64,000 bases of DNA from IMG/VR virus record IMGVR_UViG_3300028833_000010; one strand, 5' to 3'. The translations under genes and the position numbers were made by a program. Each line of letters starts with the position of its first letter. Position 1 is the first letter of the stretch. The notes under the pieces were generated by a model. It had not been told where the DNA came from and searched no databases. It was given only the letters and a program-made list of their open reading frames with translations. Of the stretch, positions 26,313 through 37,493 are shown piece after piece. Source of the stretch: a virus.

Positions 26313-28394
26313 ATGGCAGACGTAACAGTAAACATACGTGGTGACGCTTCCCAACTCCGAAATGAGTTAGACAATGTAAGCAGAAACCCAAGTTCAGACA
26401 CCTCTGCTCCTACATCTTCTGAAGGCGGTAGGAGTGGAGGTTCAGCTGCTCCTACATCTTATGAAGGCAGGAATGGGGGTTCAGCTGTTCCTTCTAACGA
26501 CCGAATGATTGAGGATGTTCGTAGGGAAATGCAGCAGCGTGGAGTTCTCTTGGTGCCTGGTTCTTCTTCGATGACTCAGATTATCAATCAGTATGGTCAA
26601 GCAACGAGAACAGCTGTTAATGACCGCATTTCGGAAAAGTACGACGCAAGGAGAGAAGACATGCGCAAGCGTATGAGTTCCGACTATGATGCCATTGAAG
26701 CCGATATTGATAAGAGGAGACAGGAAGGACTTCAAAGGCTTGGCCCAAGAGCTAATGACCCATTCTATACTGCTATACTTGACCAGCAATTAGAGCAGGA
26801 GAGGCAAAGACAGTACCGAATAGTAGGAAGTCAATATGACGATGAGGAGGAACAAATCAATCAAGAAGAAGCGAACGAAAGAACGCAAGCTGAAAATGAG
26901 TTGACCGATGCTATACGAGAACTGACAGAGTATTTCAACCGACAATCAAATCAAGGAGGAGGGGGAGATGCACCTGATTCATATATCGGTAAATTACGTG
27001 CTCGACAGAAAGAGTTAATACAGCAACGTGATTCAGCAGATACTGAGGAAGGAGCTATTGCGGCTTCAAGAAGTCTTGCCGATGTGAACGAACAACTCCG
27101 AAGAGTATTGGGAGGAGGAACTGCTCAACAAGGCAGACCTTATTATGATTCAGTTTTGCAAGGAGTTCAAGGAATACAAGGACTTTTCAATGGACTTCAA
27201 AGCGGTGATATTGGAAACACTATAATGGGTGGAGGTTCAGCCATAGCAGGTTTATCAGGCATGAGTATGAAAGCAGCATTACGCTTCTTGGGGTGGGTAG
27301 GAGTTGCTGCAGGTGTAGCGAAGTCTCTGACTGGGACTTCTGATTCATATGAATCAATGGCTGGGTTAGCATCTTTGAGAGCTACTACTGGATATCAAGG
27401 TGGTGATGCTTCAAATTATTTAGGAGCTATGCTGCCTGACGCTAATTTCAGAGGCATCAATTACACTGACTTTGGTTACAATACAGAGGAATTTGCTGGC
27501 AATGCTGTGAGAAGAATTAGGTCACGTGGTACTTCGGACGATTGGTATACTGAAGCCATGCGTCAAATCGGTTTGGAAAGAAACCTTGCTTTGGCAGAAG
27601 GTTCTTTAGAAAAAGGAAGTCAATATGACCGATATGGATTGAATGTAACAGAAGCAATATCACGTTTGGTAACTATATTGAATGGTATCGAAGGCTCAGG
27701 AGTATCTATGGGAGACTTCACGAGGGTTCAAGAGAAGTACGATATTCAGCAGCAGATAATGGGCTCATATATGAATAGAGCTGACCGACCAAATTATGAT
27801 GTAGCGAATGCTAATTTAGCAGCATTCTCAGCAGTTCAAGGTATAACGCAGGATTCAAGAATTGGAACTGATTATCAATCTTTCCAAAACATGATTCAAC
27901 AACCGATGAACGAGCGAATGAGAGCGTTGATATATAGTTCAGTTGCCGACTTATTTCCAGAGACTGGCGGACGCATGGACTTGATTGACCGTGAACTTCG
28001 CAATCCTGAAAATGAAGGTAAAATCATGCAATCTGTTATACAGCGTATCACACAACAGTTTGGAGGCACGGACACTCAGATGGGTTACTTTGCTTTCAAG
28101 TCTTTGTTGCCTGATATAGCTCCTGATCGTTTAGACCAATATATCAGTCAGTTATCTGATACTGGTACAATGTCAGGAAGTATATTGAAGAAGGGAATTG
28201 GTAATCAAGAAGATTTTGACATAGCTGGAAGACAGAATATGGATTTTTGGGCAGTACAATCTACTGAATTCACTACAGCTTGGACAAAGGGAAAGAATGA
28301 AGTTGTTTCAGTTCTCAATCAAATTCTTGGTAAGATTACAGGCACAACAACTATGCCTACTCCAAACACAATTAAGAGAGGAGGGAACAACTAA
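26313..28394 (+). CDS. tape measure protein
   Basis: 693 aa, with a coiled-coil N-terminal half, Gly-rich hydrophobic segment 'GGGSAIAGLSGMSMKAALRFLGWVGVAAGVA', and the standard position. Confidence 0.7.
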   Translation: MADVTVNIRGDASQLRNELDNVSRNPSSDTSAPTSSEGGRSGGSAAPTSYEGRNGGSAVPSNDRMIEDVRREMQQRGVLLVPGSSSMTQIINQYGQATRTAVNDRISEKYDARREDMRKRMSSDYDAIEADIDKRRQEGLQRLGPRANDPFYTAILDQQLEQERQRQYRIVGSQYDDEEEQINQEEANERTQAENELTDAIRELTEYFNRQSNQGGGGDAPDSYIGKLRARQKELIQQRDSADTEEGAIAASRSLADVNEQLRRVLGGGTAQQGRPYYDSVLQGVQGIQGLFNGLQSGDIGNTIMGGGSAIAGLSGMSMKAALRFLGWVGVAAGVAKSLTGTSDSYESMAGLASLRATTGYQGGDASNYLGAMLPDANFRGINYTDFGYNTEEFAGNAVRRIRSRGTSDDWYTEAMRQIGLERNLALAEGSLEKGSQYDRYGLNVTEAISRLVTILNGIEGSGVSMGDFTRVQEKYDIQQQIMGSYMNRADRPNYDVANANLAAFSAVQGITQDSRIGTDYQSFQNMIQQPMNERMRALIYSSVADLFPETGGRMDLIDRELRNPENEGKIMQSVIQRITQQFGGTDTQMGYFAFKSLLPDIAPDRLDQYISQLSDTGTMSGSILKKGIGNQEDFDIAGRQNMDFWAVQSTEFTTAWTKGKNEVVSVLNQILGKITGTTTMPTPNTIKRGGNN

Positions 28395-29755
28395 TGGCAG
28401 AGACTACTCATAATAATAATGATTATATCTTGCTTTATAATAGAGGCAAGAGAATGACCATATCAGACTATATGGAAAGGAATTATATTTATGGTATAAG
28501 TCCTCAAGAGTTGTTTGACCTTAATAAGGATTTGATATGGCAACAATACACTGAACTTGATAAGGAAATAGAAAAGTCTGTAAGCGGTAAGTGGCCAGAG
28601 AGTGCTGACGACCTATCATTGCAGTCCTGGCTGCCAGCTCCATGCGTTCTCCGAATAAATCCCAGTAAGGTTACGGCTGAGTTGGCAATAGCTCAAACAA
28701 ATGCCCAAGTTAATACAGATGACTTTTATGCGTTCGCTGCTGATAAGATACAAGATATATACCAAGATGAAGGTTATCGTGTAGCAGATAGCTCCAAACG
28801 AAGTCCTGATTGTTCAGTTCTTGGATGGTTCAAAAGTCTCTATTATGTAGGACTTGACTCAAAGGGAAAGAAAACTGGTAAAATAGAGCGTCAAGACTTC
28901 ACAGAATTTGCTGACTTGAGCCGACATATAATTTCGCTTGCTACTTCGGTAACATCTAATGGAGGGAGTTTTACAATAAGGCTTCCAATCATTAGTGCCC
29001 GAAGCGAAGGAGTTTCAGTCATATACGAGGTGCTGAAGGGTGAGAACGGAGAAAAGATACATGGTGATATGTTAGGTCAAAAGGGCAATGCTTCCAAGAA
29101 TGACGTTACATACGAATATGGAAATAAAGGAGAGTATTATGATAAATCAAGTTTTGATGATATTGAAGCTAACTATTTCAATTGGTTGATAAGTTCTAAC
29201 GACATTCTGTTTATTTCTTTTGAGAAACTTGATATGGAATTAGTCAAAGAAACAGCCAATTGGTATAGCGGTGATGCAGATAATTTCAAGATAGGCACTA
29301 AACTTGCTGAAGGTATATATGATATGATAGGTTTGGTAGATGAAGTAAAAGTTGTTACTAATTCTCAATCTTCGGATGCATATGTTGAAATCACTGGACG
29401 AGACTTGATGAAACTCTTGATTGAGGATGGTTCATTTTTCTTCAACCCATCTACTACTTCAGACCCAAGCGGAGTATTTGCTAATGAACAGAGCTATGGG
29501 AAGCAAGGAGATATTCGTGAAGCGGATGTTATGAATAATACCTATAACAATCCAATCAACAGACTTCGTAGAGTAACTGGAGAGATTGATATTTTTGCTA
29601 ATCGAATCAATATGGATATAAGCTATATTCTGAAAGGTGTTATTTCTCAGCTTGCCAACGTAGAAGTAGTGCCAGGATATGTCTTTGAAACTTGGGGTGA
29701 AGATAGAACTAAGTACATAGAGCTTGAACCAGAAAAGAAGGAAAACAATGGCTAA
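28394..29755 (+). CDS. distal tail / baseplate hub region protein
   Basis: 453 aa, ATG overlapping the tape-measure stop. Called by synteny only. Confidence 0.35.
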   Translation: MAETTHNNNDYILLYNRGKRMTISDYMERNYIYGISPQELFDLNKDLIWQQYTELDKEIEKSVSGKWPESADDLSLQSWLPAPCVLRINPSKVTAELAIAQTNAQVNTDDFYAFAADKIQDIYQDEGYRVADSSKRSPDCSVLGWFKSLYYVGLDSKGKKTGKIERQDFTEFADLSRHIISLATSVTSNGGSFTIRLPIISARSEGVSVIYEVLKGENGEKIHGDMLGQKGNASKNDVTYEYGNKGEYYDKSSFDDIEANYFNWLISSNDILFISFEKLDMELVKETANWYSGDADNFKIGTKLAEGIYDMIGLVDEVKVVTNSQSSDAYVEITGRDLMKLLIEDGSFFFNPSTTSDPSGVFANEQSYGKQGDIREADVMNNTYNNPINRLRRVTGEIDIFANRINMDISYILKGVISQLANVEVVPGYVFETWGEDRTKYIELEPEKKENNG

Positions 29756-31415
29756 TTATAAAACATTCTATAAAGGTTTTTTAGTAGGTCAATCGCAACT
29801 TATAGTTACGAGTGATTTTGGTAAAAGACATGTTGACGGTAAAATCAAAAACCATAATGGTATTGACTTTGGCGTTCCTGTTGGTACTGTTTTGAAAGCT
29901 CCTTTGGGCGGTAAGATTATAACAAAGCAAGTTCAAAAGAACGGAGCTGGATTGTGCGTTACTATTCAACATCAGGTTGAGATGGGTGTGTATATCTATA
30001 TTTTGTTAATGCACCTTCATTCTGTTGATAGTCATATCTACGTGGGTTATCAGATAGCCGAAGGAGAACGAATTGGAACTACAGGAGGAGCAAAAGGAGA
30101 CCCAAATGCAGGTCATTCTACTGGCCCACACTTACACTTGGAAGTACGAAAGGGAGGAAATTCAAGTGGTAATGCAGTTGACCCCAAGTATTGGTTTTTA
30201 GCAAAAGAACGATTAGTTTCAAAAAAGACTGGAAAGATACTTAATTATGGAGACTCATCTTGGTTAAGTTTTTCTGGAAGTGAAATCAAAACTCAAGCTG
30301 CTTATAAGTATTCTGCTCACTCTGATATAACAGTTTTAGATGCTACAGAATATACTCCAAAGAAACAAACAAGACAGAATGTAGTAGCAAAAGAAAGATT
30401 AGCACCTGGTATATGGCAAATAACGAAACTTTTGGTTGATAGTTCGGTTGCTGATAAACAAGTTCTTGATTCAGGAATTTCAACCCAGCAAGGCTCTTTA
30501 TTGAATTTCTTCCGAAAGGTATGTCAGGAGCCGTTGGTGGAGTTTATGGGAGATACATTTGGTAATCAATACTATTGGATTGTTCGTAAACCGCCTTTTG
30601 ATAAAGAGAGTTTCACAAAGATGATTGACCTTACTTTGATAACTCTTGATGAAGCGGATATATTAACAACCGACATTACTTGGAATAATCAAGGAATATA
30701 CTCATGGTATCAATATGTACCTTATGCTGACCTACTTGGCATTAGAGAAGCTAATTTGTTTATGCCTGCAGTGTTCTTTCCAGAGTTTGCATCTGTTTGG
30801 GGAAGTAAACCGCTTTGCGTAGAAAGTAATTATTTCAACTACGCTTTCTCTGGACGTTTTAACTCCGATAAATCAGAAAATTCTCAGAATGGTGATAGAA
30901 TTATACGCAACGCTGTGCGTGATTTTAAGTTTCTTATTGAAAGTAATGCTTACAATGCCTTCACCAGAAGAGGAACAATAACATTGATTGGAGACAGACG
31001 TATCAAAAGAGGTACTGTCATAATGCTTCCGACTTCTGGTGAGATATTTTACGTGGATGCTGTTACTAATACATATGACGTAACAACGCAAGGTGTGAAC
31101 AGAATAACTACCTTGCAAGTGTCCAAGGGAATGTATCCTGCTTACATATATGGCAAAGAAATAGGATTGAAGAAATTCAGTTATTTCAATATCATAGACT
31201 TCGGAGAAGATTTTGATATTGAAAAGATAACGGCTGATAATTGGAAGGACTATATTTCAAAGTGGAAAGTGAATGTTGATAATTTCGGCTTTTTCATGTC
31301 TAAACAACAATTATATTGGGAGAACATCAATAAGTATAGTATGATGGCAACAGGTAATGATTCATTTGAGGTAGTTGTTACCAAAGAAGATGCTATGACG
31401 GTCAAAAAGAAATAA
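29748..31415 (+). CDS. tail-associated peptidoglycan hydrolase with an N-terminal M23 peptidase domain
   Basis: 'HNGIDFGVPVGTVLKAPLGGKI' and 'GPHLHLEVRKGG..VDP' are M23 HxxxD / HxH motifs. The ATG at 29748 overlaps the upstream stop (ATGGCTAA). Confidence 0.8.
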   Translation: MANYKTFYKGFLVGQSQLIVTSDFGKRHVDGKIKNHNGIDFGVPVGTVLKAPLGGKIITKQVQKNGAGLCVTIQHQVEMGVYIYILLMHLHSVDSHIYVGYQIAEGERIGTTGGAKGDPNAGHSTGPHLHLEVRKGGNSSGNAVDPKYWFLAKERLVSKKTGKILNYGDSSWLSFSGSEIKTQAAYKYSAHSDITVLDATEYTPKKQTRQNVVAKERLAPGIWQITKLLVDSSVADKQVLDSGISTQQGSLLNFFRKVCQEPLVEFMGDTFGNQYYWIVRKPPFDKESFTKMIDLTLITLDEADILTTDITWNNQGIYSWYQYVPYADLLGIREANLFMPAVFFPEFASVWGSKPLCVESNYFNYAFSGRFNSDKSENSQNGDRIIRNAVRDFKFLIESNAYNAFTRRGTITLIGDRRIKRGTVIMLPTSGEIFYVDAVTNTYDVTTQGVNRITTLQVSKGMYPAYIYGKEIGLKKFSYFNIIDFGEDFDIEKITADNWKDYISKWKVNVDNFGFFMSKQQLYWENINKYSMMATGNDSFEVVVTKEDAMTVKKK

Positions 31416-31419
31416 AATT

Positions 31420-32310
31420 ATGGAAGAAGAAGCAATTGGAATACAAAATTTGGATACTGGTATTGGTTCAGCTGGAGTAGGATTTGTTGTCGTACCTTCG
31501 GAGGTTGACCGAATTCAGTATATAAATGATTGCTACCGCACTAACACTCTGACTATAAACGGAGGTAAGGGATATGGATATTTCAGTGGCGTACATGCTG
31601 ATATAAATGTTATGCAATGCATAAAGTTCCCTACTGATGAAGAGAATAGAGGAACGCCAGTGGTTTGGGTTAAAGATGCTGTATCACAACTTCCTGTTAT
31701 TGTAGCTGTATTGAGGAAACAAGGTGATTATTATTCGTTGGATGAAAATCAATACCGCTTAAAAAGGGGAACAGAAACAAGAAATGTTGAGATATTTATT
31801 GACGGCAATACGGCTGGTTTAGATATAACAGTATTAGGAGACAAAGATGAACCTGCTAATATTGATATCAAGTTAAGCTCTGAGAACGCTGATTCAGTTT
31901 TGAATGTTTCTTGCGACAATGAAATAAATATTATTGGTAATAAATCAGTAAATGTAGTTACTAATCATAAGGCTGTATTAAAAGTCAAGGAGAAGGGTGA
32001 AGAAAAAATGTCTTTGTCTTATGAACTTGGCGTAGGGTTGAATTACAAAGATGAATTTGAAAACGAGGTAGTTGCTAAAGATGGAGAAGTTAATATCATT
32101 AGCAATAAAATAAACCACAATAGCGGCAAAGAGCCGATGGTATTGGGGAATACGTTAGCAGACCTTCTTGATGAATTTCTGAAAGCAGTTCAGAAAATAA
32201 CAGTCATATCGCCAGTAGGTCAAACTTCCGTTCCTGTTAATATAGGAGACTTTGCTGCCATACAAGCTAAGTTAAATACAATTAAAAGTAAAATTTCTAA
32301 TCTTGATTAA
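31420..32310 (+). CDS. baseplate central spike-like protein
   Basis: Repetitive beta-helix-like middle ('NVEIFIDGN..LDITVLGD..NIDIKLSS..LNVSCDNEINIIGNKSVNVVTN') and a C-terminal 'MVLGNTLADLLDEFL...' segment, as in gpV/gp5-type spikes. Confidence 0.4.
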   Translation: MEEEAIGIQNLDTGIGSAGVGFVVVPSEVDRIQYINDCYRTNTLTINGGKGYGYFSGVHADINVMQCIKFPTDEENRGTPVVWVKDAVSQLPVIVAVLRKQGDYYSLDENQYRLKRGTETRNVEIFIDGNTAGLDITVLGDKDEPANIDIKLSSENADSVLNVSCDNEINIIGNKSVNVVTNHKAVLKVKEKGEEKMSLSYELGVGLNYKDEFENEVVAKDGEVNIISNKINHNSGKEPMVLGNTLADLLDEFLKAVQKITVISPVGQTSVPVNIGDFAAIQAKLNTIKSKISNLD

Positions 32311-32313
32311 ATC

Positions 32314-32568
32314 ATGGCACTGGATACTAATACATTGAAAGTCACTTTGACCGAAAAGATTATGCAAGCACTGAACGCTCCGATAAGCGAGAAGTCAGAT
32401 TCAAACGAAGTTAAAAAGGCTTTTGCTACTGCTGTAGCTACTGCTGTTGCCGAAGGAGTAGATGTTTGGATAAAGACGGCAACTGTTACTGTTCAGCCTG
32501 GTATTCCAGTATCTACTTCAGGAGGAGCTGGAGCGACAAGTGGGCCAGGCACTGGAACTATATCGTAA
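32314..32568 (+). CDS. small baseplate-region protein
   Basis: 84 aa with a Gly-rich C-terminus, after the spike gene. Confidence 0.4.
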   Translation: MALDTNTLKVTLTEKIMQALNAPISEKSDSNEVKKAFATAVATAVAEGVDVWIKTATVTVQPGIPVSTSGGAGATSGPGTGTIS

Positions 32569-32605
32569 TAAGCAGTTATAAAGTTGATAAAATATAAATA
32601 AAGTT

Positions 32606-33388
32606 ATGGCATTTTTGAATCAATCTGGTAGAATAGCAGGAAGTACAGTCAACAGTGTAGTTGAGAACGCAAGAGAAGCGTTAGCAACTGTTGGAAAGGC
32701 TGCACTTCATACACTCGCACCAGACAACTTTGAATACTATATGTGTTCATTAGAGTTGTTAGATAGTTCTGGAAATACCAAAGGATTTATGACCTTTGTT
32801 GTTATGCCTAACAACATATTGGAGAATAAGACTCAAATTGCTACCATAACTAAAACCAATAAAGGAGTTTCAACTCTGTTCAATTCAACCTTCGTTCCAA
32901 TAGATATTTCAATTCAAGGTACGTTTGGTAGAAAGTTCAGATTGTTATTGGGTATGAAAGAGACAGAAAACGTTTCAACAATTCCTTTCTTTGGAGGCAA
33001 TATGGGTTTTAGCGTTATGGATAGTGATGTTTTGATAAAGACTGGATATGGACTTACAAAGATGTTGAAGAATATGGTTGATGCTTCTAATAAGCTGGAT
33101 GATAACGGCAATCCATGTATCTTGATATTCAACAATTATGCTTTGAATACTCACTACGTTGTAGAAGTAATGCAAGCCTCATATTCACAGAGCGTTGAAA
33201 ATAACATGCTTTGGTACTATTCTTTGGAGATGAAAGCCGTTGCACCTGTATCTGCTGTTAGAAATCAAAAGGAACAAAATTCCAAGTTTCTAACAACAGT
33301 TGCTTCAGGAGCTATTGCGAAGAGAATAGGTAATGTTTTGAAAGATGTTTCACGTGCTACCTTCGGAGCGTTAAATATTGGTATATAA
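32606..33388 (+). CDS. baseplate-region protein, function unknown
   Basis: 260 aa, called by synteny. Confidence 0.4.
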   Translation: MAFLNQSGRIAGSTVNSVVENAREALATVGKAALHTLAPDNFEYYMCSLELLDSSGNTKGFMTFVVMPNNILENKTQIATITKTNKGVSTLFNSTFVPIDISIQGTFGRKFRLLLGMKETENVSTIPFFGGNMGFSVMDSDVLIKTGYGLTKMLKNMVDASNKLDDNGNPCILIFNNYALNTHYVVEVMQASYSQSVENNMLWYYSLEMKAVAPVSAVRNQKEQNSKFLTTVASGAIAKRIGNVLKDVSRATFGALNIGI

Positions 33389-34308
33389 TGGAATCAATAG
33401 TATTAGAATTTGAACAAGTTACAAAATATCCACTTATCCAGTTCTTGGCTAAGTATCGGAGTTTCATGCTCAATTCATATCCTGAAATAAACCGATATTT
33501 TTCAGGACAAACAGAGGGTATTGATAACTCACATTTGATATTACTTCGGGAGCTTACTTCAGAATGTAAGGATGTTATGGCACAGTTCAAGAACTTCGCA
33601 AATAAGTTCGCTACTTGTGGATATTGGGAGCTGATGGATTATTTGGAAGATTTGAATACAACTATTGAAAAAATCAATAAACTTCCGAAGTTCCGCAGAA
33701 CTTCTATAACTAAGAGAGGTTATCAACCTTTCATTCAAGTTGCTTCATCAGTAGGAGGTTACAGAACAGTGGAAGATGTAGCAAACTCCGTTAAACAAAT
33801 CAACCAAGACAATTCAAACTGGATTGACTTGATGTTGAGTAACGATATGAACGAAGGAGACTGGGAGATTGATAAACTCACTCCGATGAACGTTCTTGTA
33901 AACAATCAAGTAGATGTTGTTGTAACCACTATACTTGACCAGCCTATCGGAAAACGGATATATGGAAAAGATATTGCGAGGAAGATTACATTCAAATCTA
34001 ATGATTTGGATATTGTAGAGTTCCAAGCTAACATAGAGCAAAAATGTGATATTCTGTTGGAGCTTAATCGGGGTGATGTTCCAGAAAATATGCTGTTTGG
34101 TAAAAACTCTAAACTAATCACTGGAGTTAATACCAAAACATTCGCCTATCCTGAATTGGTATCTGATATTCAAAACAATTTCTTACAGAATGATTTGTTT
34201 GAATACGCTGTTATTACTGACTTTGCTTACGATAATGGAAGTATGACGATAACAGTTGAGATAAAAACAAAGTACAGTTATAAAACTGAGAAAAAAATAG
34301 TGATATGA
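33388..34308 (+). CDS. baseplate-region protein, function unknown
   Basis: 306 aa, start overlaps the upstream stop. Confidence 0.4.
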   Translation: MESIVLEFEQVTKYPLIQFLAKYRSFMLNSYPEINRYFSGQTEGIDNSHLILLRELTSECKDVMAQFKNFANKFATCGYWELMDYLEDLNTTIEKINKLPKFRRTSITKRGYQPFIQVASSVGGYRTVEDVANSVKQINQDNSNWIDLMLSNDMNEGDWEIDKLTPMNVLVNNQVDVVVTTILDQPIGKRIYGKDIARKITFKSNDLDIVEFQANIEQKCDILLELNRGDVPENMLFGKNSKLITGVNTKTFAYPELVSDIQNNFLQNDLFEYAVITDFAYDNGSMTITVEIKTKYSYKTEKKIVI

Positions 34309-35501
34309 TTACAAAGATAACACCTGTTAATGAGCTCAAGCTCATGTTCTTGGAAATACTCCTGAACAAAACAGATAGAATTAACGACATTGGAGCTGAA
34401 TCAGTTTTGAACGGCATTGCCTTCGGTTGCGCTAAGGTAGGCCAGAAATGTCTTGTGAATCAAGCTATCGTGGAAGGTCATATTTTTCCTGATACAGCTT
34501 ATGGAGTTTATTTGGATGAGCTTGCTGCTATTCGTGGCGTTTCTCCGAGATTTGGTGCGTCAGCAAGTTCTACTTATGTTCGACTTATTGCTGACGAGGG
34601 AACAACTTATTTTAAAGACGTTCACACCTTTATCAGTACTTCTGGAATAACATTTTCATTAGAAGAGGATGTTGTAATTGGCGTGAACGGATATGCTTAT
34701 GCAAAGGTACGTTGCGACCAGGAAGGACTTAATACCAATGTTGACCCTTTGTCTATTAATAAGGTTAATCCAATACCGACTGGCCATTTGACTTGTACTA
34801 ATGAATACCGAGCAACTGGCGGACGAGACGAAGAGGATGACGATTTGTTCCGTCAGAGAATTAAAGACAGTATCAATCAACTCGCAAGAACAACTCTATC
34901 TTACTTGGAGCAAGTTTTTATGAAAATCAATCCGAATGTATTAAGACTTTATAAAGGAGGTATTGATGAAGATGGACGATTGAACCTTATTGTCGTATCA
35001 GTAAATGGACAAGATTTCACAGACGATGAATTCAATGAAATATTGAGTCTTTCAGAGGAGTATTTGTCGTTATCAGAGCTTTTGAGGATTTCAAATGATT
35101 ATGCGTTGAAACTAAACAACGTTGATTGGTTACCTGTTGATATTGAGTTCCGAGTAGACATTGACCCTGCTTATGACCAAGACAGAGTACGAAGGGAAAT
35201 ACAAATTCAAATGTCGAAGTTGTTCGATTATCGTTTTTGGAAGTATGGAGATAAGGTTGAGTGGGAAAACTTATTGTTCGCTGCTAAGAATGTAGATGGA
35301 GTTCGATACGTGCCTGATATACACTTTTATCCTCACGCTGATATAAATGTACCGAAATACCGACTTCCACGTGTTAGAGGGTTTGTAATGCGTGACCTTG
35401 ACGGTAATATAATAGAAGACAACGGAGGAGTTTTGGCAGAGGTTTATTATCCAAATGAAATTGATACTTCATTCCAGTCATCTGTATTAACAAACATCTG
35501 A
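34305..35501 (+). CDS. baseplate J-like (gpJ/gp6-type) wedge protein
   Basis: 'ATGGRDEEDDDLFRQRIKDS' matches the Baseplate_J hallmark (GG-x-D-x-E-x-D-x-x-(L/F)R-x-R). Size and position fit. Confidence 0.65.
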   Translation: MITKITPVNELKLMFLEILLNKTDRINDIGAESVLNGIAFGCAKVGQKCLVNQAIVEGHIFPDTAYGVYLDELAAIRGVSPRFGASASSTYVRLIADEGTTYFKDVHTFISTSGITFSLEEDVVIGVNGYAYAKVRCDQEGLNTNVDPLSINKVNPIPTGHLTCTNEYRATGGRDEEDDDLFRQRIKDSINQLARTTLSYLEQVFMKINPNVLRLYKGGIDEDGRLNLIVVSVNGQDFTDDEFNEILSLSEEYLSLSELLRISNDYALKLNNVDWLPVDIEFRVDIDPAYDQDRVRREIQIQMSKLFDYRFWKYGDKVEWENLLFAAKNVDGVRYVPDIHFYPHADINVPKYRLPRVRGFVMRDLDGNIIEDNGGVLAEVYYPNEIDTSFQSSVLTNI

Positions 35502-35502
35502 T

Positions 35503-35811
35503 ATGAGAACACAAGTAAGTGTAAAAACTATAACAGAAGTTGAGCAATCCAGTGGTTTGTTTATTATTGATTGTTTTTCGGATATGAACGACAATGGTTC
35601 AACAACTCCTTCTATATATAAATCTCAAGTATTGGATAAACCTATGATTATTGACAATACTTCTGGGAAAGAAGGAGAGTTGATGTTATCTCATAGTGGT
35701 GAAACTGTTGGTAGTATAAACAATGATGGAGAATTGGTAATTGAACCTGAAGGGGACGATGCCAATAAGTATGTAAAAGAACAAGAAAACTTGACATATA
35801 ATGAAGGATAA
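35503..35811 (+). CDS. small baseplate-region protein
   Basis: 102 aa ORF. Confidence 0.4.
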   Translation: MRTQVSVKTITEVEQSSGLFIIDCFSDMNDNGSTTPSIYKSQVLDKPMIIDNTSGKEGELMLSHSGETVGSINNDGELVIEPEGDDANKYVKEQENLTYNEG

Positions 35812-37480
35812 TGTATTGAACGCAATTAGTGACGTACTGCTGATAGACGTTACACCTCAGATAACAGGAAGGGTTCATTTGACGGACTTTTCAGATGTTG
35901 TTGAAGGAGTAACCGCCACACGCACTGTTCATAAAGAGTTCCGAATTTCACCAGATGGAGTTTTTTGGAACGATTGGAAAGACCTTACTCCAGTAAACCT
36001 TGCTTCTAAAGATTACATTGTTGATAGTTCTTTAATAATTCAATTGAGATACACAAGAACTGGTTCTGATGATACTGGAGTTATTGAGTTCAAAAGTATA
36101 AACTTTATGGGCTCACGTGAGGCAATTCAATTTATCGCTCCTACTATTAATTCCAGCATTTTTGCCAACATAATCGGTACACCAGAGATGAAGGCTTTGG
36201 AAGAAAACATCTTCAAAAAGTTATATTATCGTGGCATTGTGCCTAACTATATTCGTAGAGCTGAAAACTCTGATGAGAATGAAGATAGGGACTATATTGA
36301 TTTGTTCTTTTCAGTTGCTAGGTTTTACAGTATGTTCATTCGTTTTTTTAAGAGGTTTGAGAACTTTCAAAACGATTTTGACCTTATGCGAGAGCAGGTT
36401 AGGCAATATGGAATATACTTCGATGAAGCAAACATTACTCTTGAAGACCTTCAATATTTGGCTCAAAATCTTTATGATCAAATACGACAAAGAGGAACTG
36501 AGATGATATTCAAGCGTAAAGGTTATTTGCTGCCAAACGGAAAAACTTTACAGATTGACGGAGAGTTTATCAGACTGATAAGAAGCAAGGTCAGTGATGA
36601 GCTTTTATACGAGAATATCCCATTGGAAAAAGTAGGTTGGTGTTTAGGTCAATGTTCTCCGATGTATCGTGGTACAGCTATGTCTAAATATCTAAACAAA
36701 ACAAAGGAAATGTCTGAAGATTTTGAAGACCTTTCTAATTTTGTTATGTCTAAAACTGGAACATCAAGTTATCAACTTATAGAATATGATGGCAAGAGAG
36801 TATTAGAATTGGAAGCAAGTGACGGAGGACGAGTTGGGTTGGGAAGACAAAATGAAAACACGAATGTTGATAACAACTTATATGTCGTTGATTCCAAACT
36901 TGATTATGAGATAACATTTGCTTTTCAAGTTGTAGGAGGAGTTAAACAAAATGCTACTTTGATATTTGGAGTAGAAGGATTTGATTCATTGAAAAATAAG
37001 TTAGATGATGCTTTTATAACTCCGAATGGCTTTTCAGTTTCAGATACTTTCTTTGAGTTGGGAACTATTACAAAATTGAATTCTGTTTGGTATCATGTTA
37101 GAGGTATTATACACGCTTATTCTACTTCAAACATTGACAATAGTCAAACTAATATTGGAGCTGGAACTAATTTGTATTTTTACAATTCTTTTGTGAAATA
37201 CATATTGCCTAAAATACAAATAACAAGTTCAGTTCCTTCAGACATTGTAATATGGAATTATAAGATAAGGCCATTGGTAAGAGGAACGAACATACTACCT
37301 TTGAAAGATGGTACTATAAACTCTCAAAGTTTGGGCTTTATTCAAAGTTCACGCATTTTTTATGCTTATGTGAGAAACAATAACAATAGCTTGTCTCAAA
37401 GTGAAATTACAGATATTATAGAAAAGTATCTGCTACCATTCAACATGACGGATATATTTATATTTATGAGTAATCATTAA
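35801..37480 (+). CDS. baseplate / fibre-attachment protein
   Basis: 559 aa after the J-like gene (gpI-like position). Confidence 0.35.
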   Translation: MKDNVLNAISDVLLIDVTPQITGRVHLTDFSDVVEGVTATRTVHKEFRISPDGVFWNDWKDLTPVNLASKDYIVDSSLIIQLRYTRTGSDDTGVIEFKSINFMGSREAIQFIAPTINSSIFANIIGTPEMKALEENIFKKLYYRGIVPNYIRRAENSDENEDRDYIDLFFSVARFYSMFIRFFKRFENFQNDFDLMREQVRQYGIYFDEANITLEDLQYLAQNLYDQIRQRGTEMIFKRKGYLLPNGKTLQIDGEFIRLIRSKVSDELLYENIPLEKVGWCLGQCSPMYRGTAMSKYLNKTKEMSEDFEDLSNFVMSKTGTSSYQLIEYDGKRVLELEASDGGRVGLGRQNENTNVDNNLYVVDSKLDYEITFAFQVVGGVKQNATLIFGVEGFDSLKNKLDDAFITPNGFSVSDTFFELGTITKLNSVWYHVRGIIHAYSTSNIDNSQTNIGAGTNLYFYNSFVKYILPKIQITSSVPSDIVIWNYKIRPLVRGTNILPLKDGTINSQSLGFIQSSRIFYAYVRNNNNSLSQSEITDIIEKYLLPFNMTDIFIFMSNH

Positions 37481-37493
37481 AACAATAGATAAT

